A stretch of 10,701 nucleotides of DNA from Campylobacterota bacterium (GTDB lineage Bacteria; Campylobacterota; Campylobacteria; Campylobacterales; Sulfurimonadaceae), in assembly GCA_034717975.1 (NCBI GenBank), contig JAYEMF010000109.1, forward strand, positions 1 to 10,701, in the 5' to 3' direction. A program made the position numbers and the translations under genes. The number at the start of each line of letters is the position of its first letter. Position 1 is the first letter of the stretch. The notes below the pieces were generated by a model. That model did no database searches, was not told the DNA's origin, and was given only the letters and a program-made list of their open reading frames with translations. Positions 1 through 6,218 of the stretch are shown one piece after another.

Positions 1-80
1 GCTAACGCTGAGTTTACTTCGGCAGCAGGCCCTCGAGCCCTTGTCGCTTTTGCGTTGTTAGACTCGAACACTTTCTTAGG
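1..80. repeat. Dispersed intergenic repeat, family B, copy 1 (truncated by window start)
   Basis: 1-56 aligns ungapped to 6096-6151 at 39/56 identities (shared GCTA.CGCT, CGGCAGCA, GCTTT.G.GTT). Both copies then carry TCGAAC and end in TTAGG. Confidence 0.65.
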
Positions 81-119
81 AATATGAGTAGAAAAAATAA
101 TTTTTATAGAGGAAAACGT

Positions 120-590
120 ATGTTCAACATCGTCCTTGTCCATCCGCAGATCCCCAACAATACCGGTACCATTGGGCGGCTTTGCGTCAATACCGGCTCG
201 ACTCTCCATCTTATCGAGCCGCTTGGTTTTGATATCACCGAAAAAGCGGTCAGACGTGCCGGTTTGGACTACTGGCATAAACTCGATCTGAAAGTATGGG
301 AGAGTCTGGACCATTTTTTCGAGGCACATCCTAAAGATATCCGCTGCTTTTTCGCCACAACCAAAACAGAGCGTCCCTATTTTGATGTTGACTTCAAGAA
401 GGGGGATTTTCTCTTTCTTGGAAGCGAAACAGCCGGCATCCCCGAAACACTGCTCAATGAGCAGCCTGAGAACTGTATGACCATACCGATGACAAAAGAG
501 GGCAGAAGCCTTAATCTGGCGATCAGTACAGGTATCGTTCTCTATGAGGCTATCAAACAAAATTTTACCGATTATCAGGAGATTATGTGA
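120..590 (+). CDS. trmL: tRNA (cytidine/uridine(34)-2'-O)-methyltransferase TrmL, SPOUT family
   Basis: Motifs IVLVHPQIPNNTGTIGRLC, LHLIEPLGF, RRAGLDYW, LGSETAG and RSLNLAIS are typical of TrmL/YibK. ATG at 120 follows GAGGA and matches the family N-terminus (MFNIVL), so it is preferred over the ORF-track start at 84. Confidence 0.95.
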   Translation: MFNIVLVHPQIPNNTGTIGRLCVNTGSTLHLIEPLGFDITEKAVRRAGLDYWHKLDLKVWESLDHFFEAHPKDIRCFFATTKTERPYFDVDFKKGDFLFLGSETAGIPETLLNEQPENCMTIPMTKEGRSLNLAISTGIVLYEAIKQNFTDYQEIM

Positions 591-757
591 ATCCAGTAGT
601 TGATGCTATTATGATTATTCTTTTTGTACTGTTTATGATTTTCATCTTTCAGGGCTACCATCAGTCGAAATACACACAGCGGCAAGAAGATGAAAAAAAA
701 CAAAATGATAAAAAAAAGCCGACTTCAGATAAGCCAGAAAAGCCAGAAAACAGATAA
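587..757 (+). CDS. Small single-pass membrane protein, 56 aa, hypothetical (not in ORF track)
   Basis: GTG start overlaps the trmL stop (GTGA), with AGGAG at 577-581. Translation MNPVVDAIMIILFVLFMIFIFQGYHQSKYTQRQEDEKKQNDKKKPTSDKPEKPENR gives a hydrophobic N-terminal helix and a charged tail. TAA at 755-757. Confidence 0.75.
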   Translation: MNPVVDAIMIILFVLFMIFIFQGYHQSKYTQRQEDEKKQNDKKKPTSDKPEKPENR

Positions 758-846
758 AATCATCCATTGATTTAGTTAAATAAATTTCTTACATTTTTAG
801 TTTTATTGTAGTATATTAGTCATATCAATAAGACAAAGGTGTCGGC

Positions 847-1716
847 ATGAAAAAGTATTTAATTGGTCTGGTCAGTGCGCTGCTTGTGGTAGGAGTGATT
901 AGCGGTTGCGGTGGAGGAGGTTCATCTGAGAGTGAATCCGGAAGCTTATCGTTGAATCTTACGGATTCAGTCATAGATGCTACAAATGTCGAAAGTGTCT
1001 ATATAACGATTATGGGGATTCAATATCACACCAGCGGCGGTGGATGGCAGACAATGGATGAATTTGAAGGACCTAGAAAAATCGACCTGCTTGATCTACA
1101 AGAGGGCAATACAACGGCTTTAGGTCAATTCACTCTTCCCTCCGGTCACTATACACAGATCCGTTTTGAACTGAACGCTTCGAAGAAGAGTACTTCGGGA
1201 TGTTATATCGAGTATAATGATGGCAGCTCTGATCAACCACTCTATGTACCAAGTGGTGAAGAAAAACTGACAGGCAGTTTTGATGTACCCGTGAATGGTG
1301 ATGTCAATGTAACTGCAGATTTTGATATTGCAAAATCGATTGTAGCTGAAGGAAACGGTGACTTTAAACTGAAACCGACCATCCGCTTGATTGTTAATAA
1401 TCAGGCTGGAAAAATCAAGGGTATCCTGACTGACATGGTTGATGGAGAAGTATATAGAGTATACTCTTACGAAGACGGGTCATGGGCTGACACTGAACCA
1501 TCTGATTTTGAAAACTCTGTTAACAGTGCCAATGTAAAAGATGAAGACGGAGATCTCGAAGGTGAATTTGTTTTGTCTTTTTTAGCAGCAGGAACATATG
1601 ACCTGGTCGTTGTTACTCTCGATACAACCGGTGCATATAATGGTACTTATAAAGTATTTGATATTGATGCCATTGTTCAAAGCGAAGAAAAAACTGAAGT
1701 TACTTTAGGTTTATAA
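847..1716 (+). CDS. DUF4382-like lipoprotein with C-terminal beta-sandwich
   Basis: Signal peptide with lipobox ISG-C and a Gly/Ser linker. Motifs LSLNLTD, IDLLDL, LPSGHYTQIR, L.VPSG, VTADFD..KSIV and KLKPTIR resemble DUF4382 as recalled. Confidence 0.8.
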   Translation: MKKYLIGLVSALLVVGVISGCGGGGSSESESGSLSLNLTDSVIDATNVESVYITIMGIQYHTSGGGWQTMDEFEGPRKIDLLDLQEGNTTALGQFTLPSGHYTQIRFELNASKKSTSGCYIEYNDGSSDQPLYVPSGEEKLTGSFDVPVNGDVNVTADFDIAKSIVAEGNGDFKLKPTIRLIVNNQAGKIKGILTDMVDGEVYRVYSYEDGSWADTEPSDFENSVNSANVKDEDGDLEGEFVLSFLAAGTYDLVVVTLDTTGAYNGTYKVFDIDAIVQSEEKTEVTLGL

Positions 1717-1730
1717 TCTACTCTGTAAGA

Positions 1731-1760
1731 CCTCTGAAATGCAACTACTGTTTTCAGAGG
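1731..1760. terminator. Stem-loop between convergent genes, probable intrinsic terminator
   Basis: CCTCTGAAA (1731-1739) pairs with TTTCAGAGG (1752-1760) across a 12-nt loop, just after the lipoprotein stop. The U-tract is weak. Confidence 0.6.
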
Positions 1761-1790
1761 CACTTTAATTATTATCTTACTTCTTCTCTT

Positions 1791-1874
1791 TTATAAAATT
1801 TTATCTGCCCACAACTCAAGCGAACGTTCGAATTTTCCAAAAAGTGTTTCTGCCTGTTTGATCATCTTTGCCAT
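1791..1874 (-). CDS. 27-aa amphipathic micropeptide (not in ORF track)
   Basis: Minus strand reads AAAGGA-tttgag-ATG, giving MAKMIKQAETLFGKFERSLELWADKIL-TAA. A candidate -10 (TATGAT) lies at 1913-1908 and a hairpin lies downstream. An alternative in-frame ATG is at 1892. Confidence 0.6.
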   Translation of the reverse strand: MAKMIKQAETLFGKFERSLELWADKIL

Positions 1875-1937
1875 CTCAAATCCTTTAATCATTTGATTGT
1901 TAATACAATCATAGGTCTATTTTGCATTCAGTGGTAA

Positions 1938-2085
1938 AAATATTGCAAATTGAAATATTTATATGTCATAATATTGCAATATTGTTTTCAAAGGCACTTT
2001 TTGAAATCTGTACGGCTATGAGATCCTATGAGTATCAGTATGATGGGGAGAAGTTGTCATAAATATTGCAAAATGACATATTTAT
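1938..2085. promoter_or_regulatory. Array of palindromic operator-like sites between the micropeptide and the repressor
   Basis: AAATATTGCAAATTGAAATATTTAT (1938-1962) and AAATATTGCAAAATGACATATTTAT (2061-2085) match at 23/25 and each is an imperfect palindrome. A perfect palindrome AATATTGCAATATT is at 1970-1983 and a further half-site ATATGTCA at 1961-1968. Confidence 0.7.
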
Positions 2086-2110
2086 TTCAATTCGAATCTC
2101 AAGGTATTAC

Positions 2111-2116
2111 TATAAT
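2111..2116 (+). promoter_or_regulatory. Sigma70-type -10 box of the repressor gene
   Basis: Perfect TATAAT about 25 bp downstream of the second operator-like site. Removing the 2118-2248 element puts it 8 nt upstream of the AAGGAG RBS. Confidence 0.6.
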
Positions 2117-2117
2117 A

Positions 2118-2248
2118 GAGTTCTTTCATAACTCTGTGTTGAACGCCAAATGAGCAAAGCCCATTTGACTACGCTAGCCGCTATGGCGCTAAAGCTGGCT
2201 TTATATAAGCCAGAGACCTCTTACAAAACCAAGGTTATGAAAGAAGTC
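2118..2248. mobile_element. 131-bp MITE-like element with 15-bp terminal inverted repeats
   Basis: GAGTTCTTTCATAAC (2118-2132) and GTTATGAAAGAAGTC (2234-2248) pair with 1 mismatch. Direct repeat TAATA flanks it at 2113-2117 and 2249-2253. It has no ORF and contains a family-B repeat segment and the hairpin CTGGCTT-tatat-AAGCCAG (2195-2213). Confidence 0.7.
2143..2192. repeat. Dispersed intergenic repeat, family B, copy 2 (partial, inside the 131-bp element)
   Basis: ACGCCAAAtGAgCAAAG...TTTGACTACGCTA..CGCTATG..CGCTA matches 6050-6114. Confidence 0.7.
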
Positions 2249-2274
2249 TAATAAAAAAGTAAGGAGCGTGTGAG

Positions 2275-2934
2275 ATGAAAAGTTTTACTGACGTTGTAGA
2301 ATCAATCAAAGATATTGTCTCGGAAGATCATCCTGGCAAAAAGATATTTGATAAAGATGTCGCAGGGATGCTCGGTATTTCGCAAATGAATTTTGCCACG
2401 ATGAAGAAGCGCGACAAGATCCCTTTCCATGAGCTGTTGGATTTCTGTGCCAAGCGCTCTATCGCAATCAACTGGCTTCTGTATGGACAGTCTCCCGAAA
2501 GCCTGGTCGAACCCACGAATCGTTTTTATATGGTGCGTTACTTCAGCGAAGTGAGTGCCTCTGCAGGTGGCGGAGCCTATAATGATGATGAGAATTATGA
2601 ACCATTAATGCTGGAGCCGAGCTTTGTAGCAACACTTGGCGGGGAACGTGAGCTAAAATACATTGAAGCGATCAATGTCAGTGGCGACTCTATGGAACCT
2701 ACTTTCAGCTATGGAGATATTGTTTTTGTCAACCGATCGAGAACCGACATTGGCAGAGGCGGTGTTTTTACTATAAATACCGAGGCCGGTCTCTTTATTA
2801 AGCGGATACAAAAGCGAATTGATGGTAAAATCGATATCATTTCAGACAATAAAGACTATCCGATACAGATCGCTCATTCTAATGAAGTGGATGTGGTAGG
2901 TCGTGTTGTCGGACGTTTTGGCGGGGTAGAGTAG
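2275..2934 (+). CDS. Phage CI-type HTH / peptidase S24 (LexA/CI family) transcriptional repressor
   Basis: N-terminal HTH (DVAGMLGISQMNFATMKKRDKIP...INWLLYG), Ala-Gly autocleavage site (VSASAGGG), catalytic Ser (GDSMEP), catalytic Lys (FIKRI) and C-terminal VVGRVV. RBS AAGGAG. Confidence 0.9.
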   Translation: MKSFTDVVESIKDIVSEDHPGKKIFDKDVAGMLGISQMNFATMKKRDKIPFHELLDFCAKRSIAINWLLYGQSPESLVEPTNRFYMVRYFSEVSASAGGGAYNDDENYEPLMLEPSFVATLGGERELKYIEAINVSGDSMEPTFSYGDIVFVNRSRTDIGRGGVFTINTEAGLFIKRIQKRIDGKIDIISDNKDYPIQIAHSNEVDVVGRVVGRFGGVE

Positions 2935-2958
2935 AGACTGCCTTCGCGGAGGAGAGTT

Positions 2959-4347
2959 ATGCGTCATTTATCAACTATTTTACTGGGGCTTCTTTTATTG
3001 GCAGGGTGTAGTTCAACAGAGCCAAAGGTGAAGAAGACGGTACCGCAGCCAGCAAAAGAAGAGTCAGCGACTGTTAAGAAAACGGGTGTAACACCTACCT
3101 TTAATTTGGCAGATCTTGAAAAATTTCCACAAAATGCCCATAGTTATGCAGCTAACATTCATGACCGGATGAGTCTTGTCACTATGCAAAAAGCGTATGA
3201 ACAACACTACTTCAAACCGTGGAACATCCAGCAGCCTCCAGAAACAAAATCGGCAGTAATGTGGCCTTTCCGGGTCTATACGGAAAAGGGCAGTTTTGGT
3301 GAGAACCTTAAACCATTACCAAAAACATGGTTTGAGCTGATGCTCAAGGCAGCAAACTTTGAGCAGTATGGAACCATTAACCGCTCGGCTATTACCCTGC
3401 AGTTCTCTCATCTAAGAAACTTCCCAACACACAAACCACTTTTTCGAGACCCTTCACAGGCCGGTGAAGGTTTCCCCTTTGATTATCTCCAAAATAGCGG
3501 TGTTCATGCCAACGAACCGCTATTTGTCTCGCACTACTCAAAAGACGGGGCATGGGTCTATGTCTTCAGCTCTTATGCCACGGGATGGTTACCCGCTTAT
3601 AGCATCGCCTATATGAAGCCTGAACATATGGAGCAGTGGCAACAGGCAAAGCAGCTTCATCTTATCACTGACAACTATCCGATCAAAGATGAAAAAAACC
3701 ATTTTGTTTTTTATGGCCGTATCGGTGTAATGCTACCTCTTGTTGCTATTGAAAAATCACATTATGTCGCGCTTGCAGTAACTGCAGGCCGCTACAGTGA
3801 AGCTACTTATACCAAAGTTGTTATTCCAAGGTTTGTGGGTCGTGAAGAAGTCCTTCCCCTCAGCAAGAAAACCCTGCCTGATCTGGCCAATGAGTTGATG
3901 CAGAGTAATTATGGCTGGGGAGGTCTCTATGAAGAGCGTGACTGCTCCTCTACAATCCGTGATCTTTACGCACCCTTTGGTATCTGGCTGCCACGAAACT
4001 CTTCACAGCAGTCTCGTATCGGTAAAAAAATCATGCTAAAAGATATGAGCCGAAAAGAGAAGATAGAGACGATTGTCAAATTTGGTGTTCCCTTTGAAAC
4101 ACTGCTCTACCGGAATGGACATATTTTGCTTTATTTAGGTATTTATGAAGATCAGGTAATGGTGATGCATAATGTCTGGGGTGTTAAAACAATGGAAGAT
4201 GATATCCAGGGCAGAAAAATTGTTGGTAAGACGATTATCAGTACACTAAATCTTGGCTGCGAACAAGAAGATTATGATGAAGAAAATAACCTATTGAAGA
4301 ATCTGGTCAGTATGAATATCATTACTGCCAGCAGAGAGGAAAAATAA
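2959..4347 (+). CDS. SH3-domain NlpC/P60 (C40) peptidoglycan endopeptidase lipoprotein
   Basis: Lipobox LAG-C. YGWGG...RDCSS carries the catalytic Cys, followed by LPRNS..Q, GHILLYLG (His) and MHN. GEGFPFDYLQNS is typical of this family. RBS GGAGGAG. Confidence 0.92.
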   Translation: MRHLSTILLGLLLLAGCSSTEPKVKKTVPQPAKEESATVKKTGVTPTFNLADLEKFPQNAHSYAANIHDRMSLVTMQKAYEQHYFKPWNIQQPPETKSAVMWPFRVYTEKGSFGENLKPLPKTWFELMLKAANFEQYGTINRSAITLQFSHLRNFPTHKPLFRDPSQAGEGFPFDYLQNSGVHANEPLFVSHYSKDGAWVYVFSSYATGWLPAYSIAYMKPEHMEQWQQAKQLHLITDNYPIKDEKNHFVFYGRIGVMLPLVAIEKSHYVALAVTAGRYSEATYTKVVIPRFVGREEVLPLSKKTLPDLANELMQSNYGWGGLYEERDCSSTIRDLYAPFGIWLPRNSSQQSRIGKKIMLKDMSRKEKIETIVKFGVPFETLLYRNGHILLYLGIYEDQVMVMHNVWGVKTMEDDIQGRKIVGKTIISTLNLGCEQEDYDEENNLLKNLVSMNIITASREEK

Positions 4348-4366
4348 GCCTTACTGCAGCTTACTT

Positions 4367-4672
4367 TTATGCTTTAATGTCTAGCAGGGTTCCAAACATT
4401 TGATCTTGTGTCTTGATAGCTGCCGCATTAGCATCAACTACATCCTCAATAACAATTTGATCGGTCAGCTCTTTACTCAGATCACTTTGACTCTGTGCAC
4501 TTCCGGTGTCTGTAGCTTCTGAAAGGTTGGCTGTTACTGCATTGCCGGCACTTTCACTTACCGTTCCGTTTGTTGGAACAAATCCATCTGTATTGGTATT
4601 GGCTACATTGTTGGCATTGTTGTTCATCAATGTCTGATGAGCCTGAATAGATGATACATTACTTGAAATCAT
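4367..4672 (-). CDS. Small flagellar basal-body rod/hook-like protein (N- and C-terminal motifs only)
   Basis: ANNVANTNTDGF is the rod N-terminal motif and DLSKELTDQI...ANAAAIKTQDQMFGTLLDIKA the C-terminal motif. The ATG at 4672 is preceded by AGGAG (7-nt spacer) and an upstream TATAAT. Confidence 0.85.
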   Translation of the reverse strand: MISSNVSSIQAHQTLMNNNANNVANTNTDGFVPTNGTVSESAGNAVTANLSEATDTGSAQSQSDLSKELTDQIVIEDVVDANAAAIKTQDQMFGTLLDIKA

Positions 4673-4756
4673 TATGTTTCTCCTCATCTTTGATACTTCT
4701 ATTATAGTCGGGTATTACTGATATGATAATTAGATGAAAAAATTAATTCCCGAATT

Positions 4757-4785
4757 CGAGCATCTTCGGAGGGAAGATACTTGCG
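4757..4785 (-). terminator. Stem-loop downstream of dapD, possible terminator
   Basis: The minus strand reads GTATCTTC-cctcc-GAAGATGC with an imperfect extension. The T-rich tract is about 20 nt further downstream. Confidence 0.4.
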
Positions 4786-4797
4786 AAAAAAAGGGGA

Positions 4798-5994
4798 TTA
4801 GTGAAGGTCAGCGTTAAGTTTGATCTCACGTGTTGAACGACTGGCTGTGATCTCACCGGTCATTGAGTTCTGACGGAAATGAATACCGTTAAGGCCAGCG
4901 AGTTGCTTACCTTTGAAAACTTCACCTTCAAGTTTGACCTGTGTGTTAACCTCTTGCAGCGTGATAAGTGCCTCAGGGTAGATACCTACCTTGGTTCCTT
5001 CGAGAATGGCAACACCGGCATCGATGATACAAGCATCTCCAAGAGGGATTCCACAAACACTGTTGGCGCCAAGCAGACAGTTTTTACCGACAGAGATAGG
5101 ATTGCCGTCTGTACCGCTAAGGACACCAAGAATAGAAGCGCCGCCACCTACGTCTGAACCGTCACCGACAATAGCAGAGCTTGAGATACGCCCTTCAACC
5201 ATGCTCACACCGGTGGTTCCGGCATTGAAGTTAATGTAACTTGCACCTGGCATAACCGTTGTACCGGCATGAAGCTGTGCACCAAAACGGACTTTTGATG
5301 TCTCAAGAATACGGGTATTGTCAGCCGGAATGATGTGTTGAAGGAAACGAGGAAATTTATCGACGAAGTCGATGTGCGGGTATTCGTTGGCAAATTTAAG
5401 CTCAATTTCGAATTCACGAAGCCAGTCAAGTTCAATCGGCATACCGCCAGACCATGCAACATTCGGTAAAGCACCGAATGCACCGTTCAGGTTAATGCTG
5501 CGAAGCTCCACTTTAGCCAGTGAAAGTGCATAAAGCTTCAGATAGGTTGCTTCAACGCTTTGACATGCAGCATCCTCAAAGAGGAAGGTAACACGAAATT
5601 CACCATCACGCATTCCATTTGCTTTAATCTCGTTATAGAGGGCTGAAATAACTTGAATATTTTTATGGGCATCGCCATAGGCTTCATCAGAGTAAGGTGT
5701 AAAGGCATTGAGACAGCTTGTCAGAAAATCAAGGTTAACGTTGCAGACCACTTCATCGGCGGTAAAGTCTACTTCTACACCTTGTTCTTCCAGCGCTTCG
5801 ATGAAAATAGCGGCACTGCCGAAGTTTTCATTCCAGTTGATGACAGGGTAGGTTGCCTGAAGGACTTTATCACTGTTAAGTTGACCCATGTCGGTACGGC
5901 AAATACCAAATGCTACAGGATCTTTATAGCCTGGTTTGTTTTTGATCGTTTCAATCAATGCTTTGAAGGCATCAGTAGTTTCTATTGTCTGCAT
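4798..5994 (-). CDS. dapD: 2,3,4,5-tetrahydropyridine-2,6-dicarboxylate N-succinyltransferase, Campylobacterota long type
   Basis: Motifs VDKFPR, VRFGAQL..GTTVMPGASYINFNAGT, MVEGRISSSAIVG.GSDVGGGASILGVLSG, LLGANSVCGIPLGD and C-terminal LNADLH. The ~400-aa form with a long N-terminal extension matches Helicobacter/Campylobacter. Confidence 0.95.
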   Translation of the reverse strand: MQTIETTDAFKALIETIKNKPGYKDPVAFGICRTDMGQLNSDKVLQATYPVINWNENFGSAAIFIEALEEQGVEVDFTADEVVCNVNLDFLTSCLNAFTPYSDEAYGDAHKNIQVISALYNEIKANGMRDGEFRVTFLFEDAACQSVEATYLKLYALSLAKVELRSINLNGAFGALPNVAWSGGMPIELDWLREFEIELKFANEYPHIDFVDKFPRFLQHIIPADNTRILETSKVRFGAQLHAGTTVMPGASYINFNAGTTGVSMVEGRISSSAIVGDGSDVGGGASILGVLSGTDGNPISVGKNCLLGANSVCGIPLGDACIIDAGVAILEGTKVGIYPEALITLQEVNTQVKLEGEVFKGKQLAGLNGIHFRQNSMTGEITASRSTREIKLNADLH

Positions 5995-6021
5995 GAACTC
6001 TCTTTGAATTTATTTTTCGGA

Positions 6022-6030
6022 ATTTTAACA
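6022..6030 (-). promoter_or_regulatory. Extended -10 promoter of dapD
   Basis: Minus strand TGtTAAAAT, 27 nt upstream of the ATG. Confidence 0.6.
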
Positions 6031-6049
6031 TATAGGTTATTAAGTTAAG

Positions 6050-6170
6050 ACGCCAAACGAACAAAGTACCCAAAGGGCATAAATCGTTTGACTACGCTAT
6101 CGCTATGTTCGCTACGGCAGCATGTTCTCACACCCCTGGTGCTTTAGGGTTCAGTCGTCGAACTGTTAGG
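6050..6170. repeat. Dispersed intergenic repeat, family B, copy 3 (most complete)
   Basis: The left part matches 2143-2192 and the right part matches 1-80. It contains the hairpin CAAACGA (6054-6060)/TCGTTTG (6084-6090) and a CGCT-rich tract. Confidence 0.7.
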
Positions 6171-6218
6171 TACTATGGCTATTAAAACCTATTCCTGTAT
6201 GAAGGGGCTGTGGCTTAA

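Noticed and set aside
84..119. 12-codon N-terminal extension of trmL in the ORF track
   Set aside because: The ATG at 120 has an RBS and matches the family start; the extension abuts a repeat end.
693..717. A8 runs as phase-variation tracts
   Set aside because: They are short A runs encoding Lys in an AT-rich genome. Campylobacterota contingency loci are typically poly-G/C.
1938..2085. CRISPR array or Fur/FNR boxes
   Set aside because: There are only two long repeats with no regular spacers and no cas genes. The motif does not match TTGAT-N4-ATCAA and is a poor match to GATAATGATAATCATTATC.
2328..2516. 62-aa minus-strand ORF
   Set aside because: Antisense shadow of the repressor with no recognisable features.
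2275..2934. Calling this gene lexA or evidence of a prophage
   Set aside because: The N-terminal domain looks like a phage CI-type HTH rather than the LexA winged helix, and no other phage genes are in the window.
4700..4735. Sigma28 promoter for the flagellar-like gene (CCGACTAT on the minus strand)
   Set aside because: It deviates from CCGAT, has no clear TAAA -35, and overlaps a perfect TATAAT that is the simpler explanation.
4879..6048. ORFs 4879-5157, 4991-5239, 5205-5483 and 5653-6048
   Set aside because: They overlap the well-supported dapD, antisense or out of frame, and have no motifs.
6032..6192. ATAGGTTATTAA / TTAAAACCTAT as TIRs around the family-B repeat
   Set aside because: The match is short, AT-rich and needs an indel, and it is not seen around the other copies.
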